Numbered from the stretch's first letter, positions 13,101-25,987 are shown. The stretch: DNA of 64,000 nucleotides from Octopus sinensis (GCF_006345805.1 NC_043008.1:51336001-51400000), one strand, 5' to 3'. Numbers and translations: made by a program. The notes: generated by a model not told the origin, from the letters alone.

Positions 13101-14084
13101 TGCCTAATATACAAGAGTATTTACTCGTACATGTAAACAGTATACACAGAAAGGCTTATATATATAGACATATGACAAGCATTATATAAACATACATCGA
13201 CTTCTTTATGTAGTAGCAGTAGTAGTAGTAGTAGTGGTGGTGGTGGTGGTGGTTATGAGGTAACAACTGCGAGTGTTAATAAGAATAAGATTTAGATGCA
13301 GTAATTATTACAATATAGTATACTAAATCACAGTTCGTCTGAGTGCGTTTCCTTTACGGTTCGTTTCATCAGTTTTAATTAGTTAATTCATTAATTAATC
13401 AATTAATTATGAATCAGACTACCCCCCCCCACACACACACTCGCACCACGTTCCCCCCCCCCCAAATTTCTAGCCTTGTAAACGATATCTGAAAGAATCC
13501 CTCCGAGGTCAGCTTTGCCTTTCATCCTCTCCGGATCGATAGAATAAAATACTAACTAGTCGAGTCCTCAATTCGATGAAATCGACTAAAGCCCCCACCC
13601 CATCCCCTTTAAATTGGTGGCTTTTAGCCAAAATCAGAAACTATTGAGGGCCGAGCCCTGGCACAACCGTTAGAGCAATGATGGGCAAAGTGCGGGGCAC
13701 GGGACTCTCTGGTTGTTACTGAAATAATTCAAGTACCTTAAATTATTTCAGTAGTGCGGCCCGCCTGGTGATGTACCATGTCACATGCGGGTCACATCTC
13801 AAAAATGGTAACCCTTGCTTGTGTCAGAGCGACGAACGCAATGCCTTGCGGTATTTGCTATGGCTCTTTACGTTCTGAGTTCAAATCCCACCGAGATCAA
13901 CTCTGCTTTTCGTCATTTTAGAATGGGGAAGATTTCGTTAGAAATGAAATCCCAGTCATGTACTGTGGTCATGGTACTGACTAAGTACCTCGCCCCTAAA
14001 ATTGCCGGCCTTGTGCCAATTAGAAAGAATTGTTATCATATGCGTCAGCATGATGATAATTTAAGAAATCATTATTATTATATA

Positions 14085-14502
14085 GACGCATGCGTGACTG
14101 AGTTGTAAGGTTGCTTCCCAACCACATGGTTCCGGGTTCAGTCCCACTGCGTGGCACTTAGGGCAAGGGTCATCTACTGTAGCCTCAGGCTGACCAAAGC
14201 CTTGAGAGTGGATTTGGTTGATGGAAACTGAAAGAAGCTCGTCGTGTATATACATGTATAGCTCTGTGTGTGTGTGTGTGTGTTTGTCACCCCCCTCACT
14301 CCGCCACTTGGCAATTGGTTTTGATGTGTTTACGTCCCCGTAACTTAGCGCTTCGGCAAAAGGGCACCGATAGAGTAAGTACCAAACTTAGATTCAAGTA
14401 ATAAAAAAAAACTGGAGTTCGATTCTTTTAACTAAACTTCTTCAAGATACTGCCCCATCATGGCCGCAGTCAAAATGACTCAAACAAATAACAAATAAAA
14501 GA
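14085..14502 (+). mobile_element. SINE family A
   Basis: Head, middle and tail motifs as in other copies. Confidence 0.85.
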
Positions 14503-15103
14503 TTATTAATTAAACCCCACACACACACCACCCCCACCATTACCGCACACTCCGTCTTCTTCCCTTGTAATTACATATGTACTAATTAAATTACGAGGGA
14601 AACAGCAGTGCCTACCTAAGCGACTGAATTTCTTTGCCCCACCCCTTATAAAAATATCAAGGCCTACTAAGTAACAGTAGCAATAGCTTAATCTAATTTC
14701 GTTCAGGTTAATTTGGTGCTTACGCTGGTTATTTTATTTTTTCTTAATAAAAGTCATTTTCGTTATTTTTTTTTTTTTTAATGTCGGTTGTTTTTAATTT
14801 TGAACAAATAAAATAATAATTTTTTTTTTTTAATGAGTACAAAAAGAAAGATTTATTAATTTAATTATAAATAAATAAAGAATATTAAATTATTTATTAT
14901 CGTTATCATTTATTATCGGTGAATTTGTGAAACAGTTAGGGCGACTGGACCTATTCTAAGCAACAACAATTTGGTTAGGGTTTCGAGTCCTCGATGGTCA
15001 GCGTTATCCTGGATCTGTGGGGCGCCTTGGTAGGCCCTATTTGGACCCTCTCCTGTATCAGCAGAAATCCATGTTCACATGGTTTCTGTAATATCTCTAC
15101 TCT

Positions 15104-15290
15104 TATTTCGTCTGCCGTTTCGTTCTGAGTTCAAAATCCGCCGAGGTTCGACTTTGCCTTTCATCCTTTCGGGGTCGACTAAATAAGTACCAGTCACGCA
15201 CTGGACGACTTAATCCCTTTGTCTGTCCTTGTTTGTCCCCTCTATGTTTCGCACCCCACCCCACCCCGCCATGTGGGCAGTAAAGAAATA
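15104..15290 (+). mobile_element. SINE family B, 5'-truncated, with 20-bp target site duplication (TSD)
   Basis: aatat(c/t)tctactcttatttc at 15090-15109 and 15291-15310. Confidence 0.9.
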
Positions 15291-15836
15291 AATATTTCTA
15301 CTCTTATTTCATTTCATCGTATTATCCTTTTCTTTCACCTCATTTTTTTTCTTAAATAAACCCCAACAGAAATTGTAAACTGCCCTTGTGATTCCCCACC
15401 ACCACGACCACCAACCTCATATATGCCCCCTGTGGCAATTGAAAGAAATCATTACTATTATCATTATTATTGCTATTATTATTATTATTATTATTATTAT
15501 ATCATTTAAAAGGTTCCGGCAAAAGAATTTTTAAGATTCAGCTGATTGAAGGAGGGAGAAAAAGAAAACTAATAAAGCGTTACGAAACGATAAAGACGGC
15601 GATGATGATGATTATAATGATGATTAAAACGATTATGATGATGATGATGGTGAATTTAAATTTGTTTGTATGTTGTGCATTTTGCTTTGCTTTTCTGTAA
15701 ATATGTTGTAAGCAGCTTTCATAAGCCGTCGTCGTGTTGCGTGTGTTTACTGACGAATGCGTGTATATTAAACACACCTTTACGTATACATATATATACC
15801 TGTACGCGTATATATATATGATTATTATACACTTAC

Positions 15837-15927
15837 CTCCACTCAGAGTCTGCAAGCTATCCAGTACGGCGCCCACAAGTAGAAGAACTGTAACCCATAA
15901 GCAGGACACAAATGGACTCCTCTTCAT
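15837..15927 (-). CDS. First coding exon of an unidentified secreted or membrane protein; signal peptide MKRSPFVSCLWVTVLLLVGAVLDSLQTLSG|G
   Basis: ATG with an in-frame TGA two codons upstream; basic N-terminus then hydrophobic core; consensus donor GAG|gtaagt at 15836; 91 nt with 1 trailing base; unique sequence amid repeats. Confidence 0.7.
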
Positions 15928-15989
15928 AGTTCATCTTTCCCCAAGGTTAACACCGATAGTAAGAGAGAAAGTTGGGGGGGGGGACTCAC

Positions 15990-16860
15990 ACACGAGGGAA
16001 ACACAACACTCTCTCTCTCTCTCTCTCTCTCGCTCTTACTCTCTCTCTCTCTCTCTCTATCGCTCTATCACCCTTCTTCGCTTCCTCTATCTCACCTTCT
16101 TGCTTTCCTTCTTTCTTTCTTTCAATCGCTTCCTTCGCTATCCTTCTCGTTCTCTTTCTCTCTTTCTCTTCCTATCATCTTTTCGTCTTTTCTCTCTATC
16201 TCTCTCCCTCTTTCACGTTTTAGCTCTTCCTTTTTCGCCAACTTTCTCCCACTCTCTGCCTTTCTATTGTTCTTCCCCGCCACTCTCTGCCTTTCTATCG
16301 TTCTTCCCCCTCCCCACTCTCTTTCTCTCTCTTCTAAACGTCTCTTTGTATCTCTGTCTATCACCCTTCATCTCTCTTTCTATCTATCTATCTATCTCTC
16401 CTCTCTCTCTCAAACTTTAGCTCTGCCTTTCCCGCTAACTTTCTTTCTCTCTCACTCTTTCTATCATTCTTCCTTCTTTCTCTCCTCTCTTACTAACCTC
16501 GTTTTCCCACCCTCTCTCTCTCTCTCTCTCTCTCTCGTATCACTCTTCTTCCTTTTTATCTCTCTCATCCTTTCTATCACTTTTTCTCTATCAGTCTTTC
16601 TCGGAATTCTTCTCTCCTTCACTCTCTTTCTCTCTCTCTCTACCTTTCTATCACCTTTTCTCTCTCTGTCTCTGTGCCTCTCACTTTTCCCCTCCTTCTC
16701 CTAAACTTTCCTTTCTTTTCCTTTCCTCCTTCTACTTATCTCTGCTGCTCCCTCCTTCTCTCTATCTCCCCCCATTCTCTCTCTCTCTCTCTCACTCCTC
16801 TCTCTCTCTCTCTCTCGCTCCTCTCTCTCTATCTTTCTAATTTACCAGTCTGTCCGTTTG
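15990..16860. repeat. ~870-bp CT-rich polypyrimidine tract (GA-rich on the gene's sense strand)
   Basis: Read directly; lies just upstream of the first coding exon. Confidence 0.95.
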
Positions 16861-17077
16861 TCTCTCCGTCTGTCAGTGATTAAGTTAACCATTTCAACAC
16901 TTGGCTGTATATATATTATATAATATATATTATTTATATATATATATATATCAATACATATATATACACATACATATATATACACATACATATATATACA
17001 CATACATATATATATATATATATATACACATACATATATATATATATACACATACATATATATAAACACATACATAC

Positions 17078-17110
<33 letters not shown>

Positions 17111-17862
17111 CCCATACAACATATATATATATATATATATATAGAAATTCGGGGTGAGTACTTGATATACATACATAAATTCATACATACATACATACAT
17201 ACATACATACACACATACATACATACATACATATGAATAGATAAGGTTATATAGATCCAGGTAGGTACCATTCAAGCATTCTTAGTATAATCCAAGTTAT
17301 GGCTAGCCAAATCGAATGATATGGAATAAACCTGGGACTATTATCGAAGGTAAATAATCCCAGAGTGTTTCACTTCACTGGATTATAAATAGGTTACTAA
17401 GTGTATATTCCAAGACAATTTAAATGGATAAGGAACATTGAACATCTACACAGCTGTGTTCTCTTGAAGCACATCTGCTTATTTCAGTATTCCACAGATC
17501 CGTATGTTGATGTTAAATTTGCGTGAAGTCTGCTTAAAAGTTCAAAATACTGGAAAATATTTTCTGCGGAGTATTGCTATCGAAACATAGCTTTTCGATA
17601 TTACTAGATATGTTTTTCTCCCCTTTTAATATCTAAAGGATTCTTGATTGCTAAGTAGTTGTAAACGATTCGTCTAACGTGTAAATTTTGTATTGTTTTA
17701 TTTTCTGTCTGAAGAATTTCTAATCGGAGATACTCGTATCTTACGCGTTTTCTAATACATGGGTACATTTTTTTTTTTGATTTCTATCAGCAAATGAAAC
17801 ACGTGTAATGGTGAATAAATAATTCCCCAAAATTTTCCAGTCACGTGTTTTGAAATATTATA

Positions 17863-17930
<68 letters not shown>

Positions 17931-17982
17931 AGAGAGAGAGATAGATAGATAGATAGATAGATAGATAGGGGTAGCTTTTTAT

Positions 17983-18345
17983 TATTTTATTTGTTTCAGT
18001 CATTTGACTGCGGACATACTGGAGCACCGCCTTTAGTCGAACAAATCGACCCCAGGACTTTTTAAGCCCAGTATTTATTTTATCGGTCTGTTTTGCCGAA
18101 CAGCTATGTTATGGGGATGTAAACACACCAGCATCGGTTGTCTAGCGATGGGGGCTGGGGTGGCAAATGCACACAAACATATTCACACATACACACACAT
18201 ATACGACAGGCTTCTTTCAGTTTCCGTCTACCACATCCACTCACAAGGCTTTGGTCGGCCCGAGACCAAAGACAATTGCCTAAGGTACCAAGGAGTAGGA
18301 CTGAACCCGGAACCATGTGGTTGGGAAACAAACTACTCACCACAT
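17983..18345 (-). mobile_element. SINE family A
   Basis: Matches 5174-5570. Confidence 0.85.
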
Positions 18346-18551
18346 AGCTACTTCGTATTATATATATATATATGATTGTATGTATATGTGTGTATATAAA
18401 ACGTGTATAAATATATGCACAAAATATATACAAATATACTCACATACATCTGCATATCTTTACGTAAATACGTACGCACACAAACACACACACACACACG
18501 CACACACGCACACACACACACACGCACACACGCACACACACACAAACACAC

Positions 18552-18584
<33 letters not shown>

Positions 18585-19421
18585 GTTTGTATAAACACAA
18601 ACATTCGTTTTTCTGGATCAAATATTGACGCGGGAATCTTTCTTCTGCGCTGTTAGTGTTTTCGTTGTACAATCCCAGGTGATCATCGCAGATCCTGAAG
18701 ACTTCTTACAATCCGAAATACCTTATATAACGCTTTCTTTTACTACGTTAGGATGTGAATTAGAAGAGATTTAGCTGCTATTTCTTGCAGTTCGAATTAC
18801 CACGTTAGAACGCATTGTTATTGTTACTTACGTAAATTTTATTTTTTCCTAAATTGTGCTATTTCTCACCCTCACCCCCAAATTCTTGCCCCCTAAACTT
18901 ATCACTATGATAGTAAACAACAAACAAAAGGGGTGCTTACACCCCGTAACAAAGCGGTTCGGCAAAGAGACAACAATAGAATAATAGTTGTTTTTTAAAA
19001 AAAGTACCGAGGTCGATTTGTTAAACTAAATCCTTTATGTGGTGCTCCAGCATGACCTCAGTAAAGTGACTGATACAAGTAAAATATATATGCATAAACA
19101 TACATACATACATAATATTATATAAGATTTTCTTTTACTATATTAGGGTGTAAGATAGAAAAGATTTAGCTGCTATTTCTTGCCGTTTTGAGCTACCACA
19201 TTAGATGCAATGTTATGATTGCTTACGGAAATTTTATTTTCTAAAATCATTGTTATTTCTCCTCAAATTTTAGTTCTCTAAACTTATCGGAATGGCAGTA
19301 AACAACAGACACAGGTAACGAGAGGGCGAGAGAGCTTTCCCTGTCGTCGTTAGACTTGCTAGAAATAGTAGCTAAATCTGCTTTCTTCTATTTATTTATT
19401 TACTTTTTCGTCTGTTTATGT

Positions 19422-19487
<66 letters not shown>

Positions 19488-19642
19488 GTCTGTTTGTCTG
19501 TCTGTCTGTGTGTCTTCTGTCTGTCTGGCTGTCTGGCTGTCTGTCTGGCTGTCTATCCAGCCACCCAGCTTTCTATCCATCCATCCATCCGTCCATCCAT
19601 CTATCTAACTTTCTTTCCATCCATCCATCCGTTCCTCCACCC

Positions 19643-19701
<59 letters not shown>

Positions 19702-19734
19702 CGTCTACATGTTTGTCTATGTATCTATCTATCT

Positions 19735-20566
19735 GGTCGGGACCTGTGAACAACTTCCAGAGATCCCTGGCCTGGCAGTGCTATCGAGAAGCGCTAACCA
19801 GTTCGAGATAGGCTCTACAGACATGGCTCGAGAAACACGGGGCCGGCCTGCCCGAAATGCTATCAGAGCGACGAAACCGTTCTGCACGCACTCGTACAGT
19901 GTCCAGCCATTTCCGACCCGTGGGCCTATGTCGAACGATTTCTATCGCGTGTGGGACGAATCGGTTTATCAACCGAGCCTATCGTGAATATTGACGCTCC
20001 TCCTTCCTTGAAATAGGAAGGAAGAGCCTTTTTCATTGTACTTGTGGCTATGGCGAAAGAATGTGTATAGTGGACGCGTCTGAAAGGTCAAGAGACAAAC
20101 ACATTTTCCTCTCAGGTCAATCTCTCATCAACTTCTTCAAGTATCACTTGAAAGAGAAAGTGAGAGTAGAGAGGCAAGTTTTGTTTAGAGAATGTTTCAA
20201 AAAAAAGATGGGTGAATGTAACAAGGATGGCACGTGTGAATGATGGAACCAGCTTGAGCATAATCCTATGAACCAGAAAAAGAAAGGAAAAAAGAGAGTA
20301 ACTTACTGTAATGTGTTTTTTTTTGTATGACATAACTGCCCAAGGTTACCGTGGTCTTTTCCGTAGACTTTTCTTTTCACGGATAAACCTAATCTGCTTC
20401 CCCTTTTTACATTATGACATTTCTGTGATACACGATCCCTATTGATCTGCCCTTTTTTTTCTACGATCCCTTTTGATCGAAATGCTAACCCCTTTTTTTT
20501 CTCCCAAAAAGAAAGCTCTACTTTGTATTTTGTCCCCTTCTATTGCCCAGTGTGGCCAATAAAGAA

Positions 20567-20568
<2 letters not shown>
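19735..20568 (+). mobile_element. 5'-truncated Tx1/L1-clade non-LTR retrotransposon (ORF2 C-terminus and 3' UTR)
   Basis: FQRSLAWQCYREAL/PVRDRLYRHGSRNTGPACPKCYQSDETVLHALVQCP (CX2C...H...C zinc knuckle), continuing with stops and frameshifts to ...RMARVNDGTSLSIIL*; 3' UTR ends aataaagaaat; (CTAT)n on both sides. Confidence 0.85.
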
Positions 20569-20597
<29 letters not shown>

Positions 20598-20869
20598 AAT
20601 CTATCAATCTATCTATCTATCCATTCATCCATCTAGCTAGCTATCTGTCTGTCCGTTTGTCTATCTATCTGGCTGTCTGCCTCAACATCACATTCATCAA
20701 AAAAAAAAAAAGGGAAGAAAACCAGGACCCTAACAATGGATTACTAGATATAAGAACATACGTCTACCCACATAAACACACAAACAGCACGTGTATGTAT
20801 GTTTGTGTATAAGTGTGTGTGCATATATATATATATACATGCATATATCGATATAACATAGTTTATATA

Positions 20870-22750
20870 CGTATATTGTATTATATATACGAGTGTATAT
20901 ATCAGGTACACACCCCTATATATGTATATATGCATATGTGCGTGTGTATGTATATGTATGCATCTATGTATGTGTGTATGTACGTATGTATGTATGTATG
21001 TGTGTATGTATGCATGTATGTATGCATGTATGCATGTATGTATGTATGTATGTATGTATGTATGTGTGTATGTATGTATGCATGTATGTATGCATGCATG
21101 TATGTATGCATGTATGTATGCATGCATGTATGTATGTATGTATGTATGTATGTATGTATGTATGTGTGTATGTATGCATGTATGTATGCATGTATGCATG
21201 TATGCATGCATGTATGCATGTATGCATGTATGTATGTATGTATGTATGTATGTTATGTATGCATGTATGTATGCATGTAGTATGTATGTAGATGTATGTA
21301 TGTATGTATGGTGTATGTATGCATGTATGTATGCATGTATGTATGTATGTATGTATGTATGTATGTATGTATGCATGTATGTATGCATGCATGTATGATT
21401 ATGTATGTATGTTGCATGTATGATGTATGTATGTATGTATGTATGTATGTATGCATGCATGCATGCATGTATGATGTATGTATGTATGTATGTATGTATG
21501 TATGTATGTATGCATGTATGCATGTATGTATGTATGTATGTATGTATGTATATAAGCATGTATGTATGCATGCATGTATGTATGTATGTATGTATGTATG
21601 TATGTATGTATGCATGCATGCATGCATGCATGTATGTATGTATGTATGTAATGTATGTATGTATGTATGTATGTATGTATGCATGCATGCATGCATGTAT
21701 GTATGCATGTATGTATGTATGCATGTATGCATGTATGTATGTATGTATGTATGTATGTATGTATGTATGCATGCATGCATGCATGCATGTATGTATGTAT
21801 GTATGTATGTATGTATGTATGCATGTATGTATGCATGTATGTATGTATGTATGCATGTATGCATGTATGTAATGCATGCATGTTGTATGTATGTAGGTAT
21901 GTATGTATGTTGTATGTATGATGTATGTATGTATGTATGTATGTTAGTATGTATGCATGCTGCATGCAGCATGCATGTAGATGCATGCATGCATGTATGC
22001 ATGCATGCATGCATGTAGTATGTATGTATGTATGTATGTATGTATGTATGCATGCATGCAGGCATGCATGTATGTATGTATGTATGTATGTATGTATGCA
22101 TGTATGCATGTATGTATGTATGTATATATGTATGTATGTATGTATGCATGCATGCATGCATGTATGTATGCATGTATGTATGTATGCATGTATGCATGTA
22201 TGTATGTATGATGTATGTATGTATGTATGTATGTATTATGCTGCATGCATGTATGTAGTATGTATGTATGTATGTATATTGTATGCATGCATGCATGCAT
22301 GCATGTATGTATGTTATGTATGTATGTATGTATTAGTATGTATGATGTATGTATTGTATGTATGTATGTATGTATGTATGTTGCATGTATTTATGCATGC
22401 ATGTATGTATGTATGCATGTATGTTGTATGTATGTATGCATGTATCATGTATGTATGCATGTATGTATGTAGTTATGTATGTATGTATGTATGTATGTAT
22501 GCATTTATGTATGCATGCAGTATGATGTATGCATGTATGTATGTATGTATGTATGCATGCATGTATGTATGTATGTATGTATGTATGTATGTATGTATGC
22601 ATGCATGCATGTATGTATGTATGTATGTATGTATGTAGTTATGTATGCAGCATGCATGTATGTTATGTATGTACTGTATGTATGTATGTATGTATGCATG
22701 CATGTATGTATTTTGTGTGTATGTATGTATGTATGTATGTATGTATGTAT
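20870..22750. repeat. ~1.9-kb (ATGT)n/(ATGC)n tetranucleotide array
   Basis: Read directly; source of many spurious MYVC/HTYI ORFs. Confidence 0.97.
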
Positions 22751-24149
22751 CCACGCAGTATTATGGATCCATTACAGCCGATATTACCAGTCATCGGTTT
22801 CGCACTGGGTAAAAACCGGATGTTAGATAATAGCACAGTTAAGTGATACCGCGTGCTCTGCAGAGAATACTGGTGTGTGTCTGTGTGTGAGTGACTGTGT
22901 GTATATGCACTTATATACCCATTTATACAAGCACATATAACTATGTATACGAGTGTGTGTGTATGTCTATGTAACACACACATATATTCATTCGTAGATA
23001 CATATACACATGTCGATACTAGATATGCATACACACACCGACACACACACGCAGACACACACACACACACACACACACACGGACATATACCGCATACACA
23101 TGCACGCAGCGTAAGATATTTCAACGAAGGAAATTTCTGCTAGAAACAACAGCCTTCAATCACACCCTACTGCTTTGCAGCGTGAGTGGAGACGTCAGAC
23201 ACATTAGAAGTGGGCCGCATAAGGCATGGAATCAACATCATCAAAAAAGAAAAATTTCCAGGTAATTTTTTTCATAAGGCATACCATTCAGAAAATCACG
23301 TGGGTCGCAGTTTACCCGCGACTGCATGAGGATTGCACGATTCAAAAAGCCTAGGTGCTCACGGCGGTACACTTTTCACCATATGCCTGTCCGATAGGAA
23401 GAGACCTAGGGTTAAATAACAATGATATACAACCTTATACGATCTCCTCGCTCTCTCTCTCTCTATCTATCTACATTTCTCTTTCTTCCTCCTTTACTCA
23501 TCTTTCCTCTAATTTTATATCTTCCTCCTCTTTCCGTTTCCCCCCCTCTTTATCACTTCCGTTTTCCCCTCCCACATTTGCATTATATATACACATATAT
23601 AAAGAGGGGGTGGGGGCGTGGGTGTGTACATCTTGGGTCTGTAGAGTAAGATGTTTATCTATATGTGTATGTTCTCTTGCTTGCGTGTAGATGGTATAAC
23701 TGTATGTATGTATGTATGTATGTATGTATGTATGTATATATACTATGCACGCGTAAGTATGTATGCACAAGTTTGTGTGCGTGAGTGTGTGTGTGTGTGT
23801 GGATATATGTATGTATATATCTATACCAGTGTGTGTGCGTGAGTGTGTGTGTGTGTGTATGTATGTACATATGTATATCATAGATAGGTAGCCATTCTAA
23901 TAAATGCCTAATAAGGCATGAGTGCGGTGTAGCTGCACATGTATATAAACATACACACATGTATAAAACGATGCATAATGTGTGTGTGTGTGTTAGTTTG
24001 TATGCATGTATAAAAGGAGATATATATATATCTATATATATATATATATATAAACTTAATCAAAGGACATACTAAGTAGGTTTACCTGCTGGAAATAACA
24101 GACAAAACTCTTCGCAAATATTTTCTCCTGATTTGCTCCGTATTGAAAT

Positions 24150-24405
24150 TATATATATATATATATATGTATATAAATACATAAATATATATAAATATAT
24201 ATATATGTATAAATATATGTATATACGTTTAAATATTTGTTGTGCAAGATTTTTTATGTGAAGTCGTGTGTTGAAACAGATATTGTTGTATTTAGGAATG
24301 GTCATTTTGCCAGTTTAGCCAATAAAAGCAAGTAACACCAAATATATAGTGCGTGTGTATTTATGGCTAAACTGGCAAAATGACCATTCCTAAATACAAC
24401 AATAT
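24150..24405. mobile_element. Interspersed repeat with a 42-bp inverted repeat; relative at 24900-25055
   Basis: Arms 24280-24321 and 24364-24405; aatgacc(a/g)t(t/c)cc..aaata(c/t)aacaatat shared with the copy near 24980. Confidence 0.65.
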
Positions 24406-24489
24406 ATGTATATGTATATATATATATAACATGTATGTATGTTATATATTTATATATGTATCTATATACATATATATATACATATATAT

Positions 24490-24520
<31 letters not shown>

Positions 24521-24529
24521 TATATATAT

Positions 24530-24583
<54 letters not shown>

Positions 24584-25111
24584 TATATACACACACTTTA
24601 GGATACTTTAGGATTTTCTTCGTTCGGCTTCGGAAGCAGTGACCCTCCCATTAACTGCAGTATCCAGGATGTGGGGGTGGGGGAGCAAAGAAGTCGCAGA
24701 CTGTGGGGTCCCAAATGAGGCACCTACCTGGAGGGCCATTGGGGACTAACTCTCAGAAAATACAAAAGGTTAGGAATTGACAAGTAATTCCTAAGTATAA
24801 AAAAACCTTGGTGGAGCTCAATTACTTCAAGGTTTTTTAAAAAGTTGCTCATATATATATATATATATATATACACTGTGGAGGCACAATGGCCCGACAA
24901 TAGGGACATAAAGCAACAATATGAAACGAGTGAAGAACGAATATATAGTGCATGTGTTTATTTGGTAGTAGAGGAAAGAATGACCGTCCCGAAATATAAC
25001 AATATTTGTTCCAACACACGAATTCACATCAGGAATCTTGCAAAGCACATTCTAAACACACACACACAAACATATGTGTGTGTGCACACACATATATATA
25101 TATATAATATA

Positions 25112-25157
<46 letters not shown>

Positions 25158-25344
25158 ATATTATATATATATACTATCTATATATATTATAATTATATAT
25201 ATAATATATATATATAAATACATGCTTACATGTATATAGATTTATATAGATATAGAATATATATATATAATATATTATATATATATATATATATATGCAT
25301 ATATATATTAAAATACATGCTTACATGTATATAGATTTATATAG

Positions 25345-25400
<56 letters not shown>

Positions 25401-25987
25401 ATATACATCAGATATACCAAATAAAGATATTATAATATATGCATATATGTTTTATGTATATATATATATATATAGATATAGGTGCTTAGTTGTATATATA
25501 TATAGTTCAAATAAAGGTTGCAAACCTCATTAAAGAATAATAAAATCCAATGAATAAACTTGTTTATTACCTATTACAAGAAGTGTTGAATATTACAGTT
25601 AATATTCAGCTGTAAGGTAACTGGATAAACCGGGGTTTATATGTATATATTTTCGGGGAAAAAAAAAAGAAAATAGTGATATAATTAAATTAGTAATTAT
25701 TTATTAATTATGAACATCGACATCAACGATTTTGAGCCGTATACTCGACACACTGGAACTTGGAAATATAATGGTATGTCTTTAGCTAACTCCGATGAGA
25801 TTCAGCTTTGATGTGTTTTTAATTATGCTAATTAATTTCTAAAATCGTGAATCGAAACAGCTGTTAGAGATGACGCCCAATTTTATAATTAATAAATAAT
25901 TATTAACTTAATTATCTATTTTTTTTTTCTTACATACATACATACATACATGCATACATTCATACATACACACACACACCACACACA

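Noticed and set aside
13335-13375. Hammerhead on the minus strand (CTGATGA...GGAAACG)
   Set aside because: Stem II does not close next to GAAA and no stem I was found
13717-13754. pre-miRNA hairpin (tactgaaataatt/aattatttcagta)
   Set aside because: Only a 13-bp AT-rich stem, too short for a Drosha/Dicer substrate
15734-16704. Hydrophobic Leu/Ser/Phe ORFs that look like membrane proteins
   Set aside because: Produced by the CT-rich tract; the real exon is on the opposite strand
18695-18722. Hammerhead-like CTGAAGA...CCGAAA
   Set aside because: Stem II incomplete, no stem I or cleavage triplet; at best a decayed relic
20744-22846. Long ORFs up to 377 aa (MYVC/HTYI repeats)
   Set aside because: Translations of an (ATGT)n microsatellite that lacks stops in several frames
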